Below are positions 1 to 13,000 of a stretch of DNA of 64,000 nt, piece by piece. Position numbers and translations under genes: made by a program. Where the stretch lies: contig OZ316894.1 of assembly GCA_973895155.1 (NCBI GenBank), forward strand, positions 9,904,279-9,968,278. Direction: 5' to 3'. The notes below the pieces were generated by a model that saw only the letters and a list, made by a program, of their open reading frames with translations, was not told the DNA's origin and searched no databases. Each line of letters begins with the position of its first letter. Within the stretch, counting starts at the first letter, position 1. The stretch comes from Marsupella aquatica. Its lineage: Eukaryota; Plantae; Marchantiophyta.

Positions 1-681
1 GGAGTTCAAGAGCAACATTGTGGGTGCATTGGAGGCCGTGAGGGGAATGAAAGAATGTTGACGAGTTACAAGATCAATGGAGCTTATAGATGGCTAAATA
101 ATCACCACCAGGAGGCCACATAACCTTATAACCACATGCAAGTGACAATATAGCAAGGCAGGGAAGAACAGGCAAAAACATGACAGAAAAAACAATTCAG
201 CATGCAATTGAAAATGCAAGCACGTAGGACATTCATAAGAGAATTTCAAGTGCAATTCCGGATTGCCGAGCTGCAAGCTCCAAAATACCTACAAGATTGC
301 AGGCGTCAGGTTTTCCACTCCTGCTCTTCCACGACCAGCTTCCAATTGCTCAAGTGCTGTCCAATCGCAATCTAGAGGAATACCTTTGGCAGGCCTTTCG
401 AGAGACTTCACACTTCAAGCCTTTCGAGTATTTACAACGCACCATGGCAACCAGATTGACAACACATGAAAAACAGCCAAGACAAGGAGATAAGTACTTG
501 CAAGATATCACAACTACCAATAGAGCGTAGTGACAGGCAGACAACAACTTTGAATACTGGCATTTATTTTTAATGGGACCTGTTGGCAACTCAAGTTCAT
601 ACGATAATTTTGGGACAACTTCACTCGGATCCCTATTGTACTGCATACCTTAGAGGTCTACAACAATCAAAGTTGTGATCT

Positions 682-1904
682 TTTTTTTAATTTTTTTTTT
701 AAATTTTTATGTTGGGAAGATCATCATGAGTATAAGAATTGAACAACCATCTTGTCTGTGAGCCCGAAAAACCTCGGAAAGAACAAGCTCTTACTCCTGG
801 TTGTCAACTTTTCGCAAAAAGACATGAACAGCTTCCAGAATTGGCATCCTAACCCTACAAAACTTGCTGGAAGGGGGCCTTCCGATAGGTTGTATATTAT
901 CCAACAGCCAGAACAACTCAGACACTATCAGGTTCTAGTGATTACTACTGCTCCCACCCCAATAGACATTAGTCCCTGTGACCGCTATGAGAAATCTCAA
1001 GAGGTGGCAGGTGAACCATTGTAAGTGGTGGACTAAGGACAAGGAAACTGTTGACAGTAAATATCCTAAGGAAAGAAACGGTGGTCACTTGCCCGTGTTC
1101 ATCATCAGTGTGATATTATCACCTTTGAGGAGAATTCGACCAAGAGGTTTCCGCGTCTTCTTCTTTAATGAGATTTCCTCGGCATCCTCGAGGACCAAAT
1201 TCATGTATTCATCAAAACCGATGATGCGTCCCTCTATTCTGAGGTCCTTCTGCTCGAACAACCAAATCTGAATCCTTGATTTACTTTGCAGAAACCGAAA
1301 AATAATAAACTTTGGTGGTCGCCATGATTGCCGAGCGAAGTGAGGCCCCTCTTTAACAAATTGCTGTCCGCCCGTCCGCAGGGCCCTTGTCCGTAGCAAG
1401 AAATCGCACGGAACAGGGTGATAACGAAACCGGAGAGGTTCTTAATTATTTTCAGTTGCTTGTTCGACACTAATAACCGGGAGTCGCGATTGGCACAGAC
1501 AAGTTCAACTGACCTATAGAAGCAATCATTTCAGAAATTTCAGTAAGTCAAATTCAAAGATCACTGAATGCTGGAAAAACCCGTGCATAGACAGAGTGTT
1601 TAGAAAGGTAAGATTTCTGTGCTGGGCATTGACAAATGCTTATCCCAACCGTAGTAGCGAACGAAAACGAGACACAGTTTTAGTAGACCTAAGAGTTATA
1701 TGCGGGAGCTTGAGAACATGCTGCGACCTAGTTGCAAACCACCTGAACGAGACAGTGTTAATTAATAAATACAGCTAAGAAGGTTGCTCTTCGGAGCTGT
1801 AACAAAACGCTTCAACCTGCTGTAGTTGCCGAACAAATTGACGACTCAAACGAGCGCTCCCAGACACCGAGTAAGAGAAGGAAAAGGGCAACAAGAGGCA
1901 ACCT
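682..1904 (-). pseudogene. SmE: Processed retrocopy of small nuclear ribonucleoprotein E (SmE); CDS remnant 1085-1325, frameshifted after codon 6
   Basis: Intronless [43 protein letters not shown]...[13 protein letters not shown] matches plant SmE. ATG at 1325 reads MATTKV, the expected QRIMTQPIN segment is absent, and the frame stops after 14 aa. A-rich tail at 682-710 (T-run on + strand). Identical 16-mer ATCAAAGTTGTGATCT at 666-681 and 1905-1920. Confidence 0.9.
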
Positions 1905-4719
1905 ATCAAAGTTGTGATCTATGTTAGAGAAACTCACCAATGACTTGGATGCGCTGCAACGCCTTTGTAGTCGATTGATTGATGTTTGCAACTCCGGCAA
2001 AGTCTAGTTTTTTGGAAGAAAAGTAGACGGGCTCAGTTGCAGAGTCCGTCCATCTCTCTGAAGTGACTCCCCCCTCCTTGGCGCAAGGTCCCCTGTTCAG
2101 CCAAGAGATCCGCTTCAATCAGCAGCTTCACTGTCCGCAGAAAGGGGGCTCAGGTGGCTTGCTTAACTTAAACATCCTAAATCACCAGCTCTGGAAAGAA
2201 TTGGCTTTTGGAATTTGTTATTCCAGCCACTATAGATTACATATACAAATTCGCACTCTAGAATTGAAATGTGTGGAAGTGTAAGACTCTCACCTTAGAA
2301 TAGCCTCACACAAAAGTTGTTGAGCATGTTGGGGCTCAAAGATGGAACAATGGCTACCGCCCGTTGACGGTGAAGGGCATTCTCGGTTTGGACCTCCTCT
2401 CTCCAACCCCTTCTAACCCGCACCTCCAAAGTTGATTCGGGAGTTGATTAGCAATAACGTCGCTCCTATGCCAAAGGCACCAAGAATCAAGCCAAAAGAA
2501 AGGGTTTAGCAACTTAGGGAGAGCAATGTAGTGTGCACTGATCAATGACTCAAAGTTGACATCGAACCCTCCATTGCGCTAGCTATTGGCGATTGCCACA
2601 CAGAGAGCAGCCGTATGTAGCAAACTGTAATGCAGATACTCCCGTCAAAGGTCGATGCGTCACACTCAGCTTTAGAGGAAGGATAAACAATTGAGCAGCA
2701 TTGCATTGTGCAAAAATGTTGGAGAAGCACATTGCTTCCAGGCCCGAGCTCACCTCCTTCCCCTTTCACCACTTCGCAGCTCCTCCAAGAGACATTCACT
2801 CAAGGGCACATCACGCAGTTGCTTGCCCTCCTCAGAAGCTCAACACCACAGCCACCAAAGTTGTCAGCTCCCACTGCAACTGAACAGGTCACTACCAAAA
2901 GCCCGCTCCCACCGCAGCTGAACAAGTGAGCGACACAAGAGTGGAGGACCTCCGCCAAGCCCAGGGCAGCAGCTCAATGAAACTCAATTTGCAACTCGTC
3001 TCACTCTCGCTCTTGCTGCAAAGAAAAAAAAGCGCAGGTCAAACTCCTTTGTGGCCTCAGTCCCCACCGCTTTCCCCAAGCTATGGACAACTACTAGCAG
3101 CTTGCGCTCACAGCATGACATCCAGGTCTTTAGCCAACTGCACACTGGAAACCGAGAGAAGTGAGCGCAGTCGCGCAAGGCCAAAAAAGACCAAAGTTGA
3201 GCCAAAGCAAAACTTTACTAATGTATTTACAGTCAAGCATGAGGGCAATCAGGTAAGCAGAAGACCACGCATTCCCGCAAAGAGTTGTAGGTTCTCGTCA
3301 CTTCCTCGCCTCTGTATAGAAGGTCGACCGTTGTATCTCGGGTACCCAATGATAGTGGAGATGAATGCAAATAGGCCTCACCAATCGCCAGTCATCCGCG
3401 ATAAACCTCCCGACAACCTTGCTCCTATACACCTTAGCACCCGCGTTGTCACCACAGGAAAGACGAATGTAAGATTTAGGGCCCACCTAAACCCTATAGT
3501 GAGATTGCAGTCGACAATGGGTCATATAGCAAAGGTCGAAGCTCCAAGCCCTACGCAATGACATGAAATCCCACCTCCAAAAGCGCTAAATGTATTGACT
3601 GAGTGCGATCAGGTGCAAGAGTCGAGAGCAACTGAGGAAAAGTGCATTATCGGGCGCAAAGTGTTTGGCCTTGGATTCCCTTGCATAAACGTGAAGGAAA
3701 ACCCTGGTGGTAGCCGTCGACACTTTGTGCAATTTTCCTTTACAAAATCCGTTTACCCTAAACATTGAGTCGACTGGAAGGACTCGTTCATAGGCATTCT
3801 GCAAGCACCTAACACATTTAGACGTAGTTCACAGTTAGGATTAAACGGTAACTAAGACCAAGGGTGCATGCATTTTTTTTTTTGGGGGGGGGGCTTTTAG
3901 TTGGGTATTTTGGGTATAGTCATTGGGTTAGATAAATATCCTAAGTCACCCAGATGGCAAAAAACAACACCTACCCTTAAACTCACCCTCCTCAAGCATA
4001 AACCCTCTAAAACCCATTGGACATTTGGAGTCATTGGCAAAAGAGGGTTAAATGGATGAAGAATGGACCGGGGGGGATGGATGCCGACGATCCAATGGTC
4101 CCTAAACCCCCATCCCCTTAACATGCAACCCCCGACCCTTGACATCAAACCGAGTGTTCTTCGGCTGGACAACCCCCTAACCCTAAACCCACACCCCCTT
4201 GAGACCGGTACAAATCTACCTTTGTGCATCTCGGCCTTTTATAGATGGAGTTAGTAATCGATCCCTCCGTAGTCCACCCTCCATGAACCTCACTCCAAAA
4301 CCTTTTTGGTCACAAATAAGGCCATTTATTGAGTTATGCCCCTTGCTATCACCCTCTTTATAGAATTACCCCTCCTCAACATAAGTGAACATTATCCATG
4401 ATGTGCTAGACTATTCACCGTTCACAAAGTAGCAAGGTACTTCTCATAGTCTTTTAGTGAACTATAAAACACTAATAGTCTTTTGTAGTCTTCAACAAAA
4501 CCGGTGCAATGGGTGCGAGTCGTTTCAAGTATGGAAAAAGGACTTAGTGGGCTTAGTCCTATAAGGTATGGTCTAAATTGCCCCGGTTTCTACTAGTGAA
4601 AGGGGCGAGGCAGGGGTACTCCATCCTCACGTCGGGCCTGAGGTAGGGGTATGCCTGACTGCCCACAAATCCCTTGATCCTTCATAATTGATGTATGCCA
4701 TGCTGCCTAGTGCCCAGGA

Positions 4720-5076
4720 TGTTGAGCATAGACGACATTCGCAACGGCAAGCCCATGAACCATCCAACGCACAAAAGTCGACACAGAGAGATACGTAGTT
4801 CACCTCCATATGAGGCTACATCCACGGGAACACACAAGAGCTTTACTGCACTCTAGGCCGACCGGCCATACCAAGCATCCACAGCACAAGCTCTCCCTAT
4901 CTCTCAACTAGCTCCGTAACAATGAGCCTAAGTTCCACCAGGGTCTGGCATCAGCCCTGGCTATATGCACACCAGCACTACCGCTAACATTAGCTAAAGT
5001 CCTAACCCGAGTTAGACTAATTGTGGTTAGCCCCGTGGTTAGCTCATGAGTCACAAGACTAGAGCAATATCTAACA
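4720..5076. mobile_element. Solo LTR (family shared with 35572-35915)
   Basis: Begins TGTTGAGC and ends CTAACA. 5-bp TSD CAGGA at 4715-4719 and 5077-5081. Near-identical reverse complement of 35572-35915. Confidence 0.9.
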
Positions 5077-5139
5077 CAGGAGTGGAGCCCGTACACAATC
5101 TGATCAGTGCCCATGACTCTTGCCGGACCCCTCATTTTC

Positions 5140-5950
5140 ACCGCACGCTAAATCTACACCGCATTAATGCTCCCGATCTTCTTGGGACCCCGTACACTGC
5201 CCGTCCTAGTCCCCGATGTTGCTGCCCGCTCCGGCCCGAGTTTGCCAGAACATAAACTAATACTCTACCATTTTGTCACCTGCTCCGGCTTGAACAACTT
5301 TGTGCCGTCGACTTTGAGTTTATGTTCTGGCACCCTTCACTTGCTTTCACCCGCTCCGGCCCAAGTCCCCATTGTTGTTGCTTGCTCCGGCCCAAGTTTG
5401 CCATAACATAAACCAATACTCTATCATTAATCATGACTCTTATCCAAAGTACTCCCTGAACACTTAGACTCTATTATGAAACAAAGATGACTCCATTGGA
5501 AAGAAGTGCTGCCAAAACATGAACCACAACTCCATAGAGAAGAAACATTTGGCAGAAGAGCGACCAACACTCTATCAATCATGATTCCTAACCAAAGTAC
5601 TAGGCTGTACTTCAACACTTAGACTTTGTTATGAAGCAAGCACGACTCCCTGACTTTGTTGGACAAAAATGTTGCCGGAACATAAAGCACAACTCCACAA
5701 GGAAGAAGTTGATGGCACAAATTGATAGGCCTGGAGCGAGCGACAAAAGGTGAAGGGTGCCAAAACATAAACCTAAAGTCAATGGCACAATGTTAATCGG
5801 GCCGGAGCGGGTGAAAAAATGATAGAGTATTAGCGTATGTTCTGGCAAACTCGGGCCGGAGCGGGCAGCAACATCGGGGACTGGGACGGGCAGTGTATGG
5901 GCCCCAGGACGATCAGGGAGCATTAACGCGGTGTAGATTTAACGCGCGGT
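5140..5950. mobile_element. Non-autonomous Mutator-like (MULE) element with ~230-bp TIRs
   Basis: 5140-~5370 is an imperfect inverted copy of ~5725-5950. 9-bp TSD CTCATTTTC at 5131-5139 and 5951-5959. No transposase ORF. Confidence 0.88.
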
Positions 5951-6023
5951 CTCATTTTCTCACTCACCCAATTGTGCAACACACAGGCCCACTAGCAGCA
6001 TCCTAATAATACACACTAACTGG

Positions 6024-6180
6024 CATGTCTTTCCTGGCTATCCCTGGATGACAAGATGTTGTGATGCCGCAAATTCATGTCTTTCCTGGCTATCCCTGGA
6101 TGACAAGATGTTGTGATGCCGCAAATTCATGTCTTTCCTGGCTATCCCTGGATGACAAGATGTTGTGATGCCGCAAATTC
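6024..6180. repeat. Perfect 52-bp tandem repeat x3
   Basis: CATGTCTTTCCTGGCTATCCCTGGATGACAAGATGTTGTGATGCCGCAAATT starts at 6024, 6076 and 6128. Confidence 0.95.
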
Positions 6181-6432
6181 AAAGTTACAGTTACCCATTT
6201 TGGTCAGCAGCTGCAACACTTTCTTACGGAAGCCGATTTTGGCCTCCTGCAACTTTTATGGCCATTCCTTGCGGCCAACTCCATTGTACCTCTTTACGGC
6301 CGGGCTTTGAGACGCCTTAATAGAAGCTATTCCATATTTCAGAGTACTCGTGTGTCCTCATTTGAAGTTCTGGCAACTAAAGCTCCGGCCACTCAACCTT
6401 GAAACTGGGGTACCATCTAGTGCTTACAAGTG

Positions 6433-6641
6433 CTTCTAAATCTCGAACCTAAGGGCTAAAGAGAAAGGAAAAGCAACTAAATTCAGAACAACACCATCGC
6501 CATGACCACATGTTGGACGTTCAGATAGTCATTGCGAGTCCTTCTAAATCTTGAACCTAAGGGCTAGAGAGAAAGGAAAAGCAACTAAATTCAGAATGAC
6601 ATCATCGCCATGGTCACAATTTGGACGTTCAGATAGTCATT
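6433..6641. repeat. ~108-bp imperfect direct duplication
   Basis: CTTCTAAATCT...GGACGTTCAGATAGTCATT occurs at ~6433-6533 and ~6541-6641. Confidence 0.85.
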
Positions 6642-7341
6642 CAATTCATTTTCTGGGTGGATACTGTCGCTCTCTCTCGTTCTCGAGGCAGAACCATGCA
6701 GTTGCTCGACTTTCTGCCTTCCATGGGCAGGGTTTCCCTTCCCCTATCAAGGTACGCACCATTCCTGTGGACTGTACGTGAAACTATTAAGGTAAAAAGT
6801 TCTAGTTGTGTTCAAGTTAAATACACCATAGCCCTGAGGAAACTGCAAGCTAGCACGCCATAAATGTACGTCAACTTGTTCACTGCACATTATAAACATT
6901 GCTTTGAACAGCTTTTATTGCTTTTTTTGGTTACAATTTAGACATATTTATAATCAAAACTGAAAGTGTACAGTCATCGAAGAAACACAGACAAGCTTTC
7001 CTTCTCTAGACAGACACTGATAAGACTCATTGTGTACTGCACCCTTTCCTGGCTGTCTTCAAACTTAATTACCCAACATTCAGTCACTATTGCTCACTCT
7101 GTATACATATATGGGGGATGCCAAAACTCAGACTATAACCTTATCGAACTCCTTCCCAAAATGTATCATTGAAGCAAGGCTATGTGTGTCAAATATATAT
7201 GATTATTTGACACTTGGCCAATCCTTGAAGAATTGAAACTCTGTGATCGAGTATTCTATTTTCTTTCAATGCTGCATGTCTCCCACCTCGATTGCAGCTC
7301 AACAAGGCAATCGTCCCTCCAGGCTACCAGTAAGTTCTCGA

Positions 7342-10033
7342 TCATGCTCCTACCCGCAAGCGTTCATAGTACTCTGGCTCGCTTTTCTTCTTCTTAAGGT
7401 GATATGCGACTATAGCGGCGATCAGGACTACAGCAGATACGAGGGCTGCAGCAAAGAGCATCCAATTTTTGCCAGAGCCATCCTGCACAGACCAAGATGC
7501 AAGAAAGCGTGCAATATCTATTAGTTGAAACCAGAATTAGAATGCTGCAAAAATCGCAGCAGTTCTGATAACCCTAGCATTTTGCTTCAAATTTCCATCA
7601 AGACCCCGATGATCTTGCAGATTAGTCGACATGAATTAAAGTGTGGCGTACTTCCAATCGATCTGATTGTCTTCTTGGACTCTCTAACGCTCTCACTCCA
7701 ATTCATCGCACACTTTGAAGTTAATTCTACTTTGTTTACTTTGAAGCCCGCTTTGAAGTTTTGTAGTAATTTAATGATAGGCACATCAAGGGTACAATGG
7801 TAAAGAATGGTAGTAGTCAGAAAGTTTGAAGACATTCCATGGACATTTAAAGTTTCGTTTTAGTTGAATAATTCGCGTGACAAGGATGGTAGTAGAGAGT
7901 TTGAGGGCCTTCTATGCACCTTTGAAGTTTCCTCGTAATTGAATGATAGGCATGCTGAGGATGGTAGAAGAGAGTCTGAGGGTTTTCTATAGACAATCTG
8001 AATAGCAATCTGAGGATGGTCGGTAAATTTCCAACGTGAATTGCAACTCATTCACTGACCTGTGGCGCTGCGGGCAGAAGTGAGCTTGTGGATTCGTCAA
8101 TAAGGATATAGAACAAGCCCATGACACCGGTGTGCCGGTCTTCGTTGTTGTACCAGGACGTCAGCCTCAACCCTTCTCCTCCTCTTACTTTCACTTGCCC
8201 AGGGGTAGGATAGCAAGTGCTCATTCCCACAATGTATCCAGCTTCATTGCCTGCCTCGCTCCCGTTCCCATAAGTGGGCATCGATGAGCAAATCTCCGAA
8301 CCGTCCTATTGATCACAACGATGATTCAAACTTAACAATGATGATCGAATGGCGAGATCGATTCAAACCCCCCAGCCAAAAAACTGCAGGTTCGGCTCCA
8401 AGACCTGTAAGGAATTCTTGTCCAGAAAGCTAGGCATATATCAATCGTTCTACTTTACATATCGGGAATATCCTGTCCGAACACAGTTTTGAGGTGTAGG
8501 CTTTCATTCAACGAAGAATATAATTCAACCGTAGAAGTAAAGAGATCGTACCGAATTGTAAAGAGTCGACCCAATACCTCCAGCATGTTGATGCGCCACA
8601 CCGTATATTACATCCCCACCGTGAGGTAAGAAGTTAGTACTCTCTAAGTTGTAGATGCAGGAGGCTTCTCCTTCAGCACACTTTGGCACGGTGTACTCAA
8701 CCTGTGCAAGACGTGCAGTAGATATATATACTCGATCAGTTACCTTCAAAGTTGAATGATCACGATTGGTACAAATTTGTCATTCTACTCTAATAATAAT
8801 ATTTCGTGTCCAAAATCAAGGTGGCCTTCGTGAGACGAACCGGAAATTAAAGCAGAGTTGGGGCGAATGAGTGCTGATGAAACAGAGCCTCTCTCGATCA
8901 TTATTTTCCCCGCATAACAACAAGAAGAAAGAAATGCAATGCCAATGGACTTGAAGAAACATGGCTGACTAGGTGCTAAATTTTGCTAGTTGCATATATA
9001 CGATTCCAAGTCACTCATGACTTGGAACTGACTTGGGACTTGGAACCGAGCTGAATTTAGTCAGGAATGCTTTAGAATCCCATTGGAAGTTGAGTCTCAA
9101 CACGAAGAGCCAAGAGCGAGATTCAATTTGACTTATGAAAAACTTCTGAGCTACGGATAATGGACTCAGAAAAGCCAAGGTAAGACTGAGTCTAAATTGC
9201 AAGAATGAGATTCAAGACTGATTAATTGCACTCACCCAACACTTGTCTGCGCCACTGACAGTGGTCCTCTCATCCGTGACATCGAAGATATAAACTTTCA
9301 CGGGAACAACATCCGACGACATTTCGACCCAGTTGACGTAGTACTCCATGAACAAGGTCCTCCTCGGGCCCTCGTAGTCCGGGTGCACAACACAGTGCGT
9401 TTCATCGTAGCAGCATTCCAGCCCACCCGGATAATCCTCTGGGATGGGATGGTCATGTTCGCCAGACGGGTCCACGGTAACGTTGTAAAGCTCGCACACG
9501 CACTCTGTGCATCCCCTCTTGTCCACGGCGCCCCGAGTGTCGATGGCATGGATGTTGAGTTCCCATATCTCTTCGTATCCCTCGGGTACGCTCTCTGGGT
9601 TGCCAACCTCGATACCGTAGGGGGCTGGAATGTCGGTCGCAGTGTGTCGGGTCTCGGAGCCCAGCCCATACATTTGGTCAAGGTTTCCAGTGTCGCAAAC
9701 TCCCCAGTTGGATGCGCGGACGGGCTCCCGGAGACCTGTGCTGGACGTGGGCGTGTAGTAGCGATGAACTGCCCAGTGATGGAGGTAGGTTTCGTGAAGA
9801 GGAACGGGAACTCCATCCTCATCCACGACCTGACCGTTGAAGCTGCGAAGCGCGATGTGGCCCTTTGGCATCTCCATGGGTAAGTACTTGTCACAAACGT
9901 CCCCCGGGCCCAGTGTGAAGGGTATCGATCTGAAAGTCTTCGTGTAGAGCGTTTCTGCTGCAGAAGCGCCACCCAGGAAAATCATGGCGCACGCGAGCAC
10001 CAGTGCAGCAGCTCTGAGCATGGTTGTCGCCAT
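7342..10033 (-). CDS. Stress up-regulated Nod19 (SURNod19) family protein, copy A, intact, ~444 aa with signal peptide and C-terminal TM helix
   Basis: Exons 10033-9236, 8701-8552, 8305-8060 and 7482-7342 join in phase 0 across GT-AG introns. Family motifs PLHETYLHHW, GLGSETR, HAIDTRG, GCTECxC, GGLxCCYD, AHQH, GNEAGYIVGMSTCYP and HTGVMGLFYIL. Last exon WMLFAAALVSAVVLIAAIVAYHLKKKK. Confidence 0.9.
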
Positions 10034-13000
10034 CTTCGCTTCTGGTACTTTCAGTGCAAATTGCATGAATTCTTCAAGCAAAGAACAAATGATTGTTCTC
10101 TCCAACAGTCGATTCAAAACATTGAAGCGGCTCAATCAGATGAGGTCGAGTGCCGTTCAATGTGTACTTCCTCGTTCTGTGGGAGCCGATTCATGTCCCT
10201 GACACCAATGACTGATTTCTTTCTTTCCCAGTGATACATATATATACTTGTTCCTAAAGTTCGCTTGCTCACCAATCTTACTGTAATGTTCCTTTCTGTT
10301 GCTCACAATCTTACTGTATAATTGCTAAGTATGCCAAGAGAAGCTAGAGTAAGGGCTTTGGTCTAGAAGCGTCGCATAGACCGTGACTGCAGCCTAACAT
10401 AGAAGCTTCACTCTAAACTTTGACTCTAGATTCCCATAGATGCTTCTCACTAGACCGTGACCCCGACCGTGACTCTAGCCAGGTTGGTGTAGAAACCGCT
10501 GCGGATCGAGGTGCGGATGGGAAATGGATGGAACCCTTTTTCTTCTCACCAATTTTCTTTTTCTTCTGACTGGCTGGCTAGTGAAACAGAAGAGGAAGCA
10601 ACCCGGAAAGGGCCATTCGTCTCTAGATATTGTTGCTACGGTCTGTAAGATAAGATGTTTGTTAAAGAGCAGTAGGGAGACGGGTACAGTTGGATGCAAT
10701 TTTGAGTCATCCGTAACAATTGCGATTCAGTGAAATCGTACGTCGAATTTCGGGCTCAACGTACATTTTCGTTTCTAATCTATTGGAAAATAGATTACTG
10801 AGTGGCCATTGCGGCGAGATGGCATATTAAAGAGAGTCATCGCACTAGAAGAACGGAGAAAATTGAGAAATACCGATTGGGATTTCTAGGAGTCTGCAGC
10901 AATTGCGTCTGACTGGTGGTTACAGTCTCTAAACGTCCGTATGTGTACACGGCTATTTACCGCAGAGTGGTGAGTGGATTCAACCGCCACATCCAATTAA
11001 TGTAGATATAGCAGAGTGGTTAGTGGATTCAACCCGCCGCAGCTGGCCGAGAGTACTAAACTGGACACTGGCTGGAACCCTTGCCCTCCATATACAGGTC
11101 ATTTTTAAACCAAGCGTGTAAACAGTCTTACCAGAGCACAATTTAATGTTTGGATGTAGTATGCGAGTTGCAGAGGTCCATGGGAGCTCCTTGAAAGACC
11201 TCGCGGTCCATCCGGCATTAGTTTCGTCAATTATGAGAAGAAAAACCCAACCAGGGAATGCGAAATTATATGAACTGGGCGGTGAATTAACTGGGAATTC
11301 AGGCTTGCTTGGGGAAGGCAAAGATAGCACCAGCCGTCAGAACAATCAATGTGCTTTACCCATTTGAGCCTTCGATCCGCTGAAGGGTCGAGTCTGCTGA
11401 CGAAGAGTAGGGTAGATGCGATACATGGGGAGGTTTCAATTTGCTTTCCATTTGAACGAAATTGCCTTGATTGGCACCAGATAAAGCGACGTGATTGACA
11501 AAACGGGCGGCAACACGTAACTTAGCAGAAAGTGCTACATCAACTAAAAGATGGACGATAAAAGCATCGATATATCGTTCGAACCACTACTCGACTGCTT
11601 CTGCCGTCATCGATCAACGCAAGCTACCATCACCATGGTCGTATTGGTCACTGCAGGTCCATGGGTGTCCACAGTCAACAGGGTCAATCTGGCATCGCTG
11701 TGATCTCGACGGGTGTAGGGAAAAAGATATTGTGGCAACTCTCAAGTTTTCCTGACCGCTCCTAGAGCGCTTGCACCTTCAGCAAAGCGAGAATACGTGT
11801 GACTGCCGCTTGAACGGTCAGCAAACTTAAGGAATAATATGTGGAACTCCCGATCACAAATCGAAGCTGAGCTTGAAACTCTCAGTTGCCATGTAATTAA
11901 ACGAAACTACATCGATGAGAAATATCTCCTATCCCTCTGTTTCCTCCTTCATTCTGGACGTATAACTTCCCATATTTACGTACATACATAGCAAAAAGAC
12001 CCAACTACACTGTAAGCTGATCGAAGGGGGTACGGGCTTCCCATGCCTCCTATGATCCGGTCGCTCTCCGTCAGTTCTTCTTCGTTTCTCAAAAAGAATA
12101 CGCTGGCATTATTTGTTCTAATTTTTCTTAAAGAATGCATAATTCAGTCGAACGTATAGTCAATCACTCTACTTTATTTCTTAGTATTTTCAAGGAGAAT
12201 AGTACATTGAGTTTGTTAAGTCAATAGTGCTGGACTCCATTTTTTCTCATGTTTCAAAAAGATGAGGTTGAACAGTCAGTTATGAGAAGAAAATCCCAAC
12301 CAGGGAATGCGAGATTATACGAACTGGGATTCCAGGCTTGCTTGGAGAAGGGAAAGAAAACCCAGCCCATGAGAATAAGCGGTGGCTGCTGTGCCTTAGA
12401 CATTTGAGCCTGCCGCTGTAGGCAATGCTAACTACGATCATCATCGTGGCAATGGTCGACCATGGTGGTAATGATCAAAAGCTGAGCCTAAACCTCTCAG
12501 TTGGCATGTAAGAAAATAAAACACATCAATGAGAAATATCAATCGTTTTAGATTTATATATTCAGAATCATTTATATATTTATATCAATCGTCTCATTGC
12601 GTTTGGATTGAGCCTAGTACCTAACTTGTGTGTTGACGAGAAAGAGGACGACGTTTGGCCAGTTCAAGAATGCTGCACCATGGTGAGCTTCGAGGGGGAG
12701 GTACAAATAAACGCAACTGGCCATATATAGGAGTGTGCTTTAGAACAGGACTTTGATGACTTTTGTAGATTTTATCTCTTTCCTAGCTTGATCAACAGTA
12801 TATATGACTAGACATTAACCGTCACATTAATTCGTCCAGGTTCTTCCTGACATTTTCTCCTTACTCAAACCCCCGATTGCATTGGAACCTCGGCAAGGTG
12901 ACTCTTCGATCAGCTGGCGGATACCTTTCCTCGATTCAACTTTAATTACATGGCAACTGAGAATTCATTTGCCTTCTAGTACTCAATGATGGTTGGTCGG

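Noticed and set aside
1085-1399. 104-aa ORF as an intact SmE gene
   Set aside because: It starts at TTG, its N-terminal 30 aa are mostly translated leader, and the true AUG is out of frame.
2280-3870. LTR or protein gene (211-aa ORF 2926-3561)
   Set aside because: It looks TE-derived, but I found no matching TSD, termini or recognisable domain.
9298-9972. Long alternative-frame and antisense ORFs over SURNod19 exon 1 (also 15275-15860)
   Set aside because: Shadow ORFs from GC-rich codon usage with no recognisable motifs.
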